Assembly (NCBI GenBank): GCA_964450575.1
Contig: CAYVDZ010000001.1
Span: 1 to 32,883, forward strand
Direction: 5' to 3'
Length of the DNA: 32,883 bases
Source of the DNA: an uncultured Opitutus sp.
Lineage (GTDB): Bacteria; Verrucomicrobiota; Verrucomicrobiia; Opitutales; Opitutaceae
The first letter of the stretch is position 1, and each line of letters begins with the position of its first letter. This document shows positions 1 through 8,877 of the stretch, one piece after another. The notes below the pieces were generated by a model that did not search any database, was not told where the DNA came from, and worked only from the letters and a program-made list of their open reading frames with translations. A program made the position numbers and the translations under genes.

Positions 1-1358
1 GGGGAATAGGCGAGGCGGTCCTGCAGCGCGATCCAGCTGCGGAACGACCAACTCTCGCGCTCCGCCGTTGACATCTGGCGAATGTCGCCGAGCGTGGCGA
101 GGACCGGCAGTCCGGTGACGCGAGTGACATCCGCCCCGGTCTTGAGACGCGTATCGAAAAACTCACGACGCAGGACTTCGCCACCGGTGACGAGGAGGCC
201 CAGCATGCCGCAGAACACAGCGAGCAGCCCGACCTTCAACCACGGTTCGTGAACGGCGATGGTGTCCATGGAAGCCGCCTGCATGACCCGAAAGGTCCCC
301 GGGGGATTGGCCTTGAAGAGGTTGATCGCGCGTTGGCGTGCGACGAGTTGGGAACGCAAGTTCTCGTATTGCCGCACATTGAAAAGCGCGACCTCGCCCT
401 CTTCGCGCGTGACGCTGTCTGGGGAGGACATATTTCCTGCACCGCGATTGCCACCGATCCCATCTGCCGGACTGGTGCCGGATCCCCCGTTCATGCCGGC
501 CGAAAGTTGCGCCTTCATGGCGGCGATCTTCAGCCGCTGCTGTTTTACGAGGGGATGAATGTCAGTATAACGGCTCAGCAGCGTGGCGAGTTCGTCTTCC
601 TCGGCTCGGATCTGTTCGAGTCTTCGGCCGGATACGATGATGGGGGATCCATTCGCGCCCGTAAGCAGCGCGGTGGAAAGTGCCCCTGATTTCACGGTCT
701 TGAGGGCGTTGGCAAGATCGGCCTCGGTGTCCTTGAGGTGTTGGGCGACGTAGACATCGGCCTCGATGGCTTCCTGGCGTTGGTAATCCTGGGTGAACTC
801 GATCACGGCGCGGTTAAACGCATTGGCGAGCTCCACCGCCGCCTTGGGTTCGGACCCGGTGGCGAGGATGGTGACAATCTCGCTTTGTCGCTGCGGCACA
901 ATCTTCACCGGGCCTAGTTCGGCGACGGGGCGCTCGAGATGTTCCGCAGCGCGTCGGCGGATCTCGGGAGATTCGAGCATCCCGATAAGGGTGTGGCCGC
1001 CGAGGGGTTGGGGGCGGTAGGCGTCGCTGGCGACGGGGGGATCGTAACGCACGATTTGAGCCGTCGCGCTGTATCCAGTTTTCCATAACCAAAGGCCGGG
1101 GGCGACGCCGGCGGCGGCTCCGAGCAGCGCACCGATAAAAAGCCAAGGCCAGCGCCGGCTAGCAGGGCGCAGGAGTGAACCGGCATCGACGGAGAACGCT
1201 GGCTTTGCTGCCGCAGATGCGCCCGTCCCGGGACCACCCGGCGTCGCCGCGCGGCGGCGCGACATCGCGCCGCCCCGCCCGCGATCATAGTCGCGCGCGG
1301 TGTTGCTGAAGCCTTCCGTATCGGCGTGGTGGGTCGAGTGACCGTTGGGACCATTCAT
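1..1358 (-). CDS. Wzc/GumC-like polysaccharide co-polymerase (chain-length determinant), 5' part; runs off the left edge
   Basis: Absent from the ORF track because its stop lies outside the window; translated by hand from ATG at 1358: MNGPNGHSTHH...RRWPWLFIGALLGAAAGVAPGLWLWKTGYSATAQIVRY (TM1 + YxAtA motif)...SEIVTILATGSEPKAAVELANAF...LATLLSRYTDIHPLVKQ (YtxxHP motif)...KVGLLAVFCGMLGLLVTGGEVLRREFFDTRLKTGADVTRVTGLPVLATLGD (TM2 + D.rl.t..dv....gLPvLa motif typical of Wzc/GumC). The frame is open to position 1. Confidence 0.85.
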   Translation of the reverse strand, partial: MNGPNGHSTHHADTEGFSNTARDYDRGRGGAMSRRRAATPGGPGTGASAAAKPAFSVDAGSLLRPASRRWPWLFIGALLGAAAGVAPGLWLWKTGYSATAQIVRYDPPVASDAYRPQPLGGHTLIGMLESPEIRRRAAEHLERPVAELGPVKIVPQRQSEIVTILATGSEPKAAVELANAFNRAVIEFTQDYQRQEAIEADVYVAQHLKDTEADLANALKTVKSGALSTALLTGANGSPIIVSGRRLEQIRAEEDELATLLSRYTDIHPLVKQQRLKIAAMKAQLSAGMNGGSGTSPADGIGGNRGAGNMSSPDSVTREEGEVALFNVRQYENLRSQLVARQRAINLFKANPPGTFRVMQAASMDTIAVHEPWLKVGLLAVFCGMLGLLVTGGEVLRREFFDTRLKTGADVTRVTGLPVLATLGDIRQMSTAERESWSFRSWIALQDRLAYS

Positions 1359-1510
1359 GTAAAGGGGGAATTGAGGAGGAGCCGGTTGCGCTTGGCCCGA
1401 TCCTACGGTGCACCTCATCCGGCAAACAGTGGGTGAAAACCTACATCGCACTGGGGCCTGACCTCGGCACCGGGCTAAGGGCCGGGATCCGAAACTCCGC
1501 CTCACCGGAT

Positions 1511-1550
1511 CGACCAAAACGATGTCGCATATGCGACATCGTTTTGGTCG
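1511..1550. repeat. Perfect 40-bp palindrome CGACCAAAACGATGTCGCAT|ATGCGACATCGTTTTGGTCG
   Basis: Base-by-base self-complementary with no loop; intergenic. Confidence 0.95.
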
Positions 1551-1834
1551 GAGCGGCACCCATCGAAGCACCGCGCGGCCTTGCTCCGGGCGGCTGCGGA
1601 GCGTTTGTATCGGCCGTTCGCGCAGATCCTACCCGCCCCAGGCTGGTTCCAGCCGCTTCCTGGCCGGATCGCCAGCCCCGCTCCGGAATCCGAATGGCCT
1701 GCGCGCGCCGCGCCGTTCAGGACGGGTGTATTTCCCTGGTCGAACGAGAGTCGACGTTTTGTATGCAGTTCACTATATCAAAGTGATCAGAACCGCTCCC
1801 ATTTCTTGTGTCGCCGATTGGCCCCCGTCAGTCG

Positions 1835-1882
1835 CCATCGACCAGTTTCATGTCGCATATGCGACATGAAACTGGTCGATGG
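1835..1882. repeat. Perfect 48-bp palindrome CCATCGACCAGTTTCATGTCGCAT|ATGCGACATGAAACTGGTCGATGG
   Basis: Base-by-base self-complementary with no loop. Shares CGACCA-N5-ATGTCGCATATGCGACAT-N5-TGGTCG with the 1511-1550 copy and lies about 28 bp downstream of the response regulator stop codon. Confidence 0.95.
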
Positions 1883-1910
1883 TAGATCGGCCGGGATGAG
1901 ACGCGTCGGG

Positions 1911-2537
1911 TCAAACCAGCTGGTTCTGAATCGCGTAGTGCGTGAGCTCGGCGTTGTTTGCCATGCTCATTTTTTCCAAAATTCGCATGCGATACGTGCT
2001 GATTGTTTTCACGCTGAGGTTCAGTTCCTTGGCGATCGCCGTCGGAGTTTTGCCGGACGCGATCTGGCGCAAGACGAGAAACTCACGGTCGGACAGTCGT
2101 TCGTGCGGAGGGGTCTGAACGTCCACCGATAAATATGAAGCCATCTTCTCTCCGAGCGCCGGGCTGACGTAGCGCCCGCCGGCGATGACCTTCTTGACCG
2201 CTCCGACGAGTTCGTTGGGCGCGCTTTCTTTTGTCATGTATCCGGAAGCGCCGATCTTTAAAAGACGAACCGCGAATTGGTCCTCAGGGTGCATGCTCAG
2301 CACGAGCACCGGAAGTTTGGGCCGGGACTTCTTGATCTCCTTCAAGACCTCCAGCCCGCTCCGTCCCGGCATTGTGATGTCGAGTACGATCACATCCCAG
2401 TTTTCTTTCCACACTCGCTCAATGGCTTCCTGCGCGCTGGCGGCTTCCCCAAATTCCGCGCGGGTGAAGGCTTCCGCCAGGATCTGTTTCAAGCCCTGCC
2501 GCACGACCGCATGATCGTCAGTGATGAGGATTTTCAT
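1911..2537 (-). CDS. NarL/FixJ (UvrY/GacA-like) DNA-binding response regulator, REC + LuxR HTH
   Basis: MKILITDDHAVVRQGLKQIL...DVIVLDITMPGRSGLEVL...SGYMTK...LSDREFLVL...IAKELNLSVKTISTYRMRILEKM. Start moved from 2606 to ATG 2537, where the REC fold begins. Confidence 0.95.
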   Translation of the reverse strand: MKILITDDHAVVRQGLKQILAEAFTRAEFGEAASAQEAIERVWKENWDVIVLDITMPGRSGLEVLKEIKKSRPKLPVLVLSMHPEDQFAVRLLKIGASGYMTKESAPNELVGAVKKVIAGGRYVSPALGEKMASYLSVDVQTPPHERLSDREFLVLRQIASGKTPTAIAKELNLSVKTISTYRMRILEKMSMANNAELTHYAIQNQLV

Positions 2538-2602
2538 ACGGAGCAGGGGACAGGGAGAGAACCGGGAACATGCGTCGTAGACCGCGGATACGTCTTCCCG
2601 TT

Positions 2603-3793
2603 TCAATAAGCTGTTTGCTTCGCGATGCGATTGAGGGGCACGCGCAACGTGACGGTCGTACCGCGGCCGGGCGCCCCTTGAAGCACCAGGTCCCCCCCGA
2701 TTAACCGCGCGCGCTCTCTCATGCCAACCAGGCCAATCGAGCGCGTGTTCGCGATCTCCTCTTCTGAAATACCACGTCCGTTGTCCCTTACGGTCAGCAC
2801 CAGACTGTCACCCTCTTCGGCAAAAGCGACATCCACCCGAGTCGCCTTCGTGTGCCGGATCACGTTGGTCAAAGTCTCCTGGAAAATGCGAAAAACGCCG
2901 GTGGAGAACTGCTGGTCCCAAAGCGTGTCCGCCACGGTCGTGGTGACGACACAAGGAATGCCCGTGCGTGACTGGAATTCGTTCGCCTGCCACTCGAGCG
3001 CGGCGATCAGCCCGAGGCTGTCGAGGATCCCGGGCCGGAGTTCGGTCGCGATACGCCGCACGGTCTGAATGGTCTCGTCGATGTGATCGGTCATCGTCCT
3101 GATCTTCTCCTGCACGGGTTCGCGATTGCGGGCGGCCAGTTTGGTGGCGAGCCAGGAGAGATCCAGTTTCAGCCCGGTGAGCGCCTGGCCAAGTTCATCG
3201 TGAACCTCGCGTGCGATCCGCGTGCGCTCCTCTTCGCGGACGTATTGAAGATAGTTGGACAACGCGCGCAGTTGATCGAGCGACTTGCGCAGTTTGTCTT
3301 CCGCGCGCTGGCGTTCCCGGCGGTCCGCCGACTCGCGCAAGGCGCGGTGGACCGCTGGACCAAGCCGGCCGAGCCGCGTTTTTAAAACATAGTCGGTGGC
3401 GCCATTCTTCAGGGTCTCAATGGCCACCTCTTCACCCATTGTGCCGGTGACGAAGATGAACGGGATGTTCGGCACCTTCTCCTTGGCGATGGCGAGGGCG
3501 GCATAACCGTCGAATGAGGGCAACGCGTAGTCGGAAAGAATCATATCCGGTGGGTGCTGCTCGAGTTGTTCGATGTACCCGGCGTGCGTTTCCACTCGCG
3601 CGAGGTTGAAGAGTAGCCCGCTCTCCCGCAGGAAATGTTCCACCAGTTCGGCATGAGGCGCGTTGTCCTCGAGCAGCAGGATGCGCAGCTCGGCGGGTGG
3701 CGCCGGCGGCTCGAGGTTTGCCTGAGAGGTCGGGGGACCGGACACCGGAGTGTGATCCGCCGGTGGAGACAACTGGCTTCCTTGATCACTCAT
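2603..3793 (-). CDS. Hybrid sensor kinase, REC-HisKA_3-HATPase_c (UhpB/NarX-type), soluble
   Basis: REC: LRILLLED...DMILSDYALP...DYVLK; H box EERTRIAREVHDELGQALT; N box FRIFQETLTNVIRH; G boxes DNGRG, GLVGMRER, GRGTTV. Start ATG 3793 overlaps the upstream stop (ATGAGTGA). Confidence 0.92.
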   Translation of the reverse strand: MSDQGSQLSPPADHTPVSGPPTSQANLEPPAPPAELRILLLEDNAPHAELVEHFLRESGLLFNLARVETHAGYIEQLEQHPPDMILSDYALPSFDGYAALAIAKEKVPNIPFIFVTGTMGEEVAIETLKNGATDYVLKTRLGRLGPAVHRALRESADRRERQRAEDKLRKSLDQLRALSNYLQYVREEERTRIAREVHDELGQALTGLKLDLSWLATKLAARNREPVQEKIRTMTDHIDETIQTVRRIATELRPGILDSLGLIAALEWQANEFQSRTGIPCVVTTTVADTLWDQQFSTGVFRIFQETLTNVIRHTKATRVDVAFAEEGDSLVLTVRDNGRGISEEEIANTRSIGLVGMRERARLIGGDLVLQGAPGRGTTVTLRVPLNRIAKQTAY

Positions 3794-4265
3794 GAGGGAG
3801 AGGAGCGCCGATCGGCGCACGGTGCTCGTGTGGCGGCGGATGATTGATTTCGAGCCAGAACGTTTCCAAGTGCTGCAGGATGTAGGCAAACCGCCGAAAC
3901 TCCACCGGTTTGACCACGTACGCGTTGGCGCCGAGCAGGTAACTTTCCCGAACGTCGCGTTCGTCTTGCGAGGACGTCAGCATGATCACCGGAGTCGATT
4001 TCAACTGCTCATCGCCCTTCATCTTTCGCAGAACTTCCAACCCGTCGACCTTGGGCATCTTTACGTCGAGAAGCACCATGGTTGGACTCCCCGGTTCCCG
4101 GTATTGGAACTGATGACGCGAATAGAGAAAATCCAACGCCTCGACGCCATCCCGCACATGCACCACGCGCGGTGCCGGATTGTGCGTCGCGAGGGTGTGC
4201 AGCACCAGCTCCGCGACCACCGGGTCGTCTTCCGCCAGCAGGATGAATTTTCCTGACAAGCTCAT
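3786..4265 (-). CDS. Single-domain response regulator (Rcp1-like receiver)
   Basis: ILLAEDD...DGVEALDFL...MVLLDVKMPKVDGLEVL...PVIMLTSS...SYLLGANAYVVKPVEF...FWL. ATGA overlap with the kinase stop at 4262-4265. Confidence 0.93.
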   Translation of the reverse strand: MSLSGKFILLAEDDPVVAELVLHTLATHNPAPRVVHVRDGVEALDFLYSRHQFQYREPGSPTMVLLDVKMPKVDGLEVLRKMKGDEQLKSTPVIMLTSSQDERDVRESYLLGANAYVVKPVEFRRFAYILQHLETFWLEINHPPPHEHRAPIGAPLPHE

Positions 4266-7200
4266 GGGTCTTCAGTGATGACCGGCAAGGTGAAGTAAAA
4301 CGTGGCGCCTGCGTTGACCACTCCTTCGGCCCACGTCCGCCCGCCATGGCGCTGGATGATGCGCCGGACATTCGCGAGCCCGATGCCGGTCCCTTCAAAC
4401 TCGCTGGCGGAATGCAGGCGTTGAAACACCCCGAATAGCTTCGAGTAATATTTCATGTCGAATCCGGCTCCGTTGTCGCGGACCGCAACGATGTGCTCCT
4501 TGTCCGTCGTTTCCCCGGATAACTCGATCCGGGCTTCCACGCGATTGCGGGTGTATTTCACGGAGTTGGAGAGAAGGTTGAAGATCGCCTGGCGGAGAAG
4601 GAACGGATCACCGAACACGTCGGGCAACTCGGGCACAATCCACGTGATGGTCCGGCCTTGCATCTGCGCCTGCAGATCCCGCCGGACTTCGCGGACCGTA
4701 TCCCCGATATTGAAACGCACCTTGTGCAGTTCGGCGCGCCCGATCCGCGAGAACGTCAGGAGGTCCGCGATCATGCGCCCCATGTTCTCCGATGAATCGC
4801 AGATTGTCTGGAGGTGGCGGCTGCTCTTCTCATCCAATTTCGATCCGAGGTCGTTCTTTAACATGTCCACGAAACCCGCGATGTGAATCAACGGCGCCCG
4901 GAGGTCGTGGGAAATTGAATACGAAAACGCCTCCATTTCATGGTACGCTGCCTGCAGTTCCGCAGTGCGCTCCTGGACGCGGGCCTCGAGTTCTGTGTTC
5001 AGCCGGCGGATCTCGTCCTCCGCGTGCTTGCGCGTGGTGACGTCGCGCGCGATCGCGGAAAATCCCGTGAGTTTTCCACTCTCATCCCGTAAGGCCGTGA
5101 TGACGAAACTTGCCCAATAATGTGCTCCGTCTTTGCGCACCTGCCAGCGTTCATCGTGAAAACGTCCCTCGGCCGTGGCCACCGCGAGCGCCTGGTCTGG
5201 CTTCTTCCGCTCCGCATCCTCCGTCGTGTAGAAGCGATGAAAGCGGCGTCCGATAATTTCCTGCGCCCGGTAGCCTTCGATGCGCTCCGCCCCGGCGTTC
5301 CACGTCGTGATCCGACCGTGCGTATCGAGCATATAGATCGCGTAGTCTTCCACGCCTTCCACCAGAAGGCGAAAGCGCTCCTCGCTCTTGCGCAGAGCTT
5401 CCTCGGTGCGCCTTCGGTCGGTGATGTCGCGGATAAAGCTGGTGAACACCGGAGGGCCATCCTCCCCGGGAATCTTTGTCACCGTGAGCTCCACGGGAAA
5501 CTCGGCGCCGTTCGCCCGCATCGCCATCACTTCGATCCGATGTCCGAGCATTCGTCCCCGACCCGATTGGAGAAAACGGGCGAGGCCTTTGCGACGCACT
5601 TCCAGATTTGAACGGGGCACGATCAGCCCGGCCATGTCGCGGCCCATCGCGAGCTCCCGACTGTATCCAAAAATCCTTACAGCGGCCGGATTCCACTCGA
5701 TCACCTTGTTCTCGCTGTCGATCGACACGATGGCGTCCAACGCAGTTTCCAATACTGCGGCCTTGCGCGATTCGCTGCGGCGCAGGGCTTCATCGGCCGC
5801 TTTGCGATCGGTGATGTCGCGCATAAACGCGGTGAACGTCGGCGGCTCGCTCGCCGGAATCTGGGTCAACGCGAGTTCGATCGGAAACTCCTCATCATTG
5901 GCTCGCCGCGCCAGAATCTCAATCGGCCGGCCGATGAGGCTGCCGACCCCCGTCATGAGGTAATCCGCCAGCCCCGGCAGATATTTCTCAGTCGTCGCCG
6001 CGGGGACAATCAGCGAGTCGAGCCGGTGGCCCAGGGCTTGCTCACGGGCGTAGCCGAAAATTCGTTCCGCCGCGGGATTCCATTCGCGAATGACGCCGTG
6101 ATGGTCGATCGAAACGATCGCATCAAGCGAGGTTTCCAGGATGGCGGTCTTGCGCGCTTCGCTCTCGCGCAGAGCTACCGCTGCGGCTCGGGCGGCAGTC
6201 ACGTCGTGGAGCATCACCTGCACCGCGGGACTGCCCTCGAACGTGATCGTAGTCAGAGCCATCTCGACCATCGCCTGCGTTCCATCGGAGCGCAGGAGGG
6301 TGGCCTCGACGAAGGCAGGCGGATTCCTTCCAGTTGAATCCACCGCAGCGGTATCCACCGTACCTGGTTCCGCCGCAACTTCATTGTGACCGACATCGAT
6401 CCCGGCGAGACGCCGTTCGAGGGATTCGCGGGCGGCGGGCTGGATGAACTCCAGCAACGAGCGTCCGAGCACGTTCCCCACCTCTTCAGCCCCCAGGAGT
6501 TTACCCCCGGCCGTATTAATAAAAGAAATCCGCCCGGCCATCAGGACCAGCAACCCTTCCGGACTCAACTCGACAAGTTGTCGGTAACGTTCCTCGCTCC
6601 ACCGCAGCGACTCTTCATAGCGCATAAGCTCGGTGACGTCGCGAGTCACCTGGGTGAAACCTCTGAGCTGGCCGCTCTCGTCGCGCAGACTGCGGATATC
6701 CACATGCGCCCAGAACGGGCTTTGGTCCTTTCGCATTCGCCAGCCCTCGCTCTCGAAGCGGTTGGCCGTGGTGGCGATCTGCAGATCGTGTTCCGGTCGC
6801 CCTTCAGTGCGATCTTTCTGAAGATAAAAGCGTGCGAAGGTCTGGCCCATGACCTCGCTATCGGAGTAGCCCAACACGAGTTCGGCTCCGGCATTCCAAC
6901 TCGAAATGAGGCCGTTCGGGTCGAGCATAAATAGGGCGTAGTCCTTGACCCCGCTGATCAGCAGACGGAAGCGTTCCTCACCTTCGCGCAGATCCCGCTC
7001 GGCTTGTCTTCGCGTGGTTCGCTCGTGCGCCAGGTGCAGTGCGCGTTGCACGGCGGGCACGAGATTCGACATTCGGGATTTCAAAACGTAGTCGGTCGCT
7101 CCGTCCCGCAGCGAATTGATAGCCAACTCCTCACCCATGGAGCCGGTGACGAAGATAAACGGGATATCGGGATAGTGCTCTCGGGCAATGGCGAGGGCGG

Positions 7201-7399
7201 TGAATCCGTCGAACTCCGGAAGACCGTGGTCAGACAGGATAATATCCGGTGGCTGTTGCCTGAGTTCGTGCAGAAATTCGTCACGGGTGGCGACGGGTGC
7301 CGCCGAGAATGCGAGTCCGCCGGAGCGCAGCTCGTGATTTATCAAAACCACGTCGGCTGCGACGTCTTCAATCAATAGAATGCGGATCTCCTTCTTCAC
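4262..7399 (-). CDS. Cytoplasmic multi-PAS histidine kinase, REC-PASx5-HisKA-HATPase_c
   Basis: GTG start; N-terminal REC (DIILSDHGLP); five PAS/PAC repeats (WNAGAE, INTAGG, WNPAAE, WNPAAV, WNAGAE, each closed by xDVT/DIT); H box FSYSISHDLRAPL; NLLSNSVKY, DNGAGF, LFGVFQRLH, GTGIGLA (phytochrome-kinase-like transmitter). No obvious TM helix. Confidence 0.95.
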   Translation of the reverse strand: MKKEIRILLIEDVAADVVLINHELRSGGLAFSAAPVATRDEFLHELRQQPPDIILSDHGLPEFDGFTALAIAREHYPDIPFIFVTGSMGEELAINSLRDGATDYVLKSRMSNLVPAVQRALHLAHERTTRRQAERDLREGEERFRLLISGVKDYALFMLDPNGLISSWNAGAELVLGYSDSEVMGQTFARFYLQKDRTEGRPEHDLQIATTANRFESEGWRMRKDQSPFWAHVDIRSLRDESGQLRGFTQVTRDVTELMRYEESLRWSEERYRQLVELSPEGLLVLMAGRISFINTAGGKLLGAEEVGNVLGRSLLEFIQPAARESLERRLAGIDVGHNEVAAEPGTVDTAAVDSTGRNPPAFVEATLLRSDGTQAMVEMALTTITFEGSPAVQVMLHDVTAARAAAVALRESEARKTAILETSLDAIVSIDHHGVIREWNPAAERIFGYAREQALGHRLDSLIVPAATTEKYLPGLADYLMTGVGSLIGRPIEILARRANDEEFPIELALTQIPASEPPTFTAFMRDITDRKAADEALRRSESRKAAVLETALDAIVSIDSENKVIEWNPAAVRIFGYSRELAMGRDMAGLIVPRSNLEVRRKGLARFLQSGRGRMLGHRIEVMAMRANGAEFPVELTVTKIPGEDGPPVFTSFIRDITDRRRTEEALRKSEERFRLLVEGVEDYAIYMLDTHGRITTWNAGAERIEGYRAQEIIGRRFHRFYTTEDAERKKPDQALAVATAEGRFHDERWQVRKDGAHYWASFVITALRDESGKLTGFSAIARDVTTRKHAEDEIRRLNTELEARVQERTAELQAAYHEMEAFSYSISHDLRAPLIHIAGFVDMLKNDLGSKLDEKSSRHLQTICDSSENMGRMIADLLTFSRIGRAELHKVRFNIGDTVREVRRDLQAQMQGRTITWIVPELPDVFGDPFLLRQAIFNLLSNSVKYTRNRVEARIELSGETTDKEHIVAVRDNGAGFDMKYYSKLFGVFQRLHSASEFEGTGIGLANVRRIIQRHGGRTWAEGVVNAGATFYFTLPVITEDP

Positions 7400-7661
7400 T
7401 TAATAAAACAGTTGGGGGGAAAGGTGTTTGGTGCGCAACCGGGGCCAGAATAGACCTGTTCAGTCCGATACTATAGTAGGTCCAGACCGTAAACAAAGGT
7501 GGGCGAGCCCTCCTGGTCTGCGCTACGGATCGGGTCGGCGGGCGTAACCAGATTTTAATGACAGTCTTGTTTGGGCAGCGAAAAGGTTTCGGGGTCTGAG
7601 CGGAAGGGAGGGAAGGCGGTGGCGTAAAGGTTTGGCATAGACCAACGGTTTGGAGGACGGA

Positions 7662-8846
7662 TCATCCGGCGGCTCTGGCGCCGGATTGTTTCAACCCCGG
7701 GTGACGCAGTTCCCTGGCCGCGCGCTCGTAGACCTCCAGCATGGCCGTCGCGGTGGTGTGCCAGTCGAAATGCCGGACGCGCCTCAATCCGGCAGCGCGG
7801 AGGCGGTTCCGTAGCGCCGGGTCTTCCGCCACGTGGCGCAGCTGCCGCGTGAGATCATCGACGTCCTCAGGGTTGGCGAGGAGGGCGGCTTCGCCACACA
7901 CTTCGGCGACCGCGCCGATGGCGGATGCGAGGACGGGACAACCGCATGCCATCGCCTCGAGCGGGGGAAGGCCGAACCCCTCGAAGAGCGAAGGGAAAAC
8001 AAAAACCGAGGCGGCTCGATACCAGTTTGCGAGATCCCCATCGGGTACAAATCCCGGTAGGTGAATATCCGCCGCAAAGGGAGATCGGCGCACGCGTTCG
8101 TGGACGACGTCCGCGCCATGCCAGTCGCTGCCGCAGAGCACGAGTTGCCACGGCGACGGTGCTTCGGTCTTAAAACGGTCAAAGGCGGCGATGAGGCGCG
8201 CGTGATTCTTCGCGGGATGTTCCAGTCGCGCAACGTACAGAAAGAAAGGCGGCCGCAAACCGTGGTGTTGCGCCACCCATGTCACCGCTTCGTCATGGCC
8301 CGTCGGAGTGAAGCGTTCGTGATTTAAGCCGTTACGAATGACGCTCAGGCCTGAGGCCGGCACGCGGAAAAAGCGCTGGATGTCCGTGGCGGTTTCGTGA
8401 CTGACCGCCACGATCCGATCCTGCCGGTGGGCCAGGTGACGCACCGCCACTCGACCATACAGCATGCGCGCCAAGTCGTATTTCCCGGGTAGCCGGAACG
8501 GGGCCAGGTCATGGATGGTGGCGACCAGCGCACAAGGCCGGCTCCACAGCATGCGTCGATAACTTGGGACGTGCAGCACCTCCAAGCCGAGCTCCCGCAC
8601 CAATCCTGGCAGAGTGAACTGATGCCAGACGATATTGCGGAGCGCCGGGCGAAACCGCTCGGGCACCGTTACAAGGTGCATCCGGTCGCCAACGAAATCG
8701 AACAGCGGAACGTCTTGCTCCAACACAAACAGCGTAAACTCATAGCGGGGTGCGCTCGTCAGCAGCGCGCGAACCAGAGCGAGCACGTACTGCCCGACGC
8801 CCGACTTGCCGTGCTGGATGACGGAGGTCGTAATTCCGATTCTCAT
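7662..8846 (-). CDS. Glycosyltransferase family 4 (GT-B, MtfB/WbaZ-like)
   Basis: MRIGI...SGVGQYV...ATIHDLAP...FLYVARLEHPAKNHARLI...FVFPSLFEGFGLPPLEAMACGCPV (E-x7-E motif). Start placed at ATG 8846. Confidence 0.93.
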   Translation of the reverse strand: MRIGITTSVIQHGKSGVGQYVLALVRALLTSAPRYEFTLFVLEQDVPLFDFVGDRMHLVTVPERFRPALRNIVWHQFTLPGLVRELGLEVLHVPSYRRMLWSRPCALVATIHDLAPFRLPGKYDLARMLYGRVAVRHLAHRQDRIVAVSHETATDIQRFFRVPASGLSVIRNGLNHERFTPTGHDEAVTWVAQHHGLRPPFFLYVARLEHPAKNHARLIAAFDRFKTEAPSPWQLVLCGSDWHGADVVHERVRRSPFAADIHLPGFVPDGDLANWYRAASVFVFPSLFEGFGLPPLEAMACGCPVLASAIGAVAEVCGEAALLANPEDVDDLTRQLRHVAEDPALRNRLRAAGLRRVRHFDWHTTATAMLEVYERAARELRHPGLKQSGARAAG

Positions 8847-8877
8847 TGCCACGGTATCCGGTTTTCTGGGACATGCA

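Noticed and set aside
236-1354. Short ORF-track calls in the first 1.35 kb (249-689, 914-1354 and others)
   Set aside because: They overlap the Wzc/GumC-like frame (1358 to <1), which has family motifs and was missed only because its stop lies outside the window.
1511-1882. Palindrome pair as a CRISPR array or intrinsic terminators
   Set aside because: There are only two copies with a ~285 bp gap and no cas genes. They have no loop, and no U-tract follows in the direction of transcription.
1433-2132. Plus-strand ORFs 1433-1786, 1522-1869 and 1581-2132 crossing the palindromes
   Set aside because: No domain similarity is recognisable, they overlap one another, and the longest runs antisense into the response regulator; the region is best read as intergenic.
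4262-7399. Kinase as a bacteriophytochrome
   Set aside because: The transmitter and Rcp1-like partner resemble phytochrome systems, but there is no GAF-PHY photosensory module or LOV NCRFL motif.
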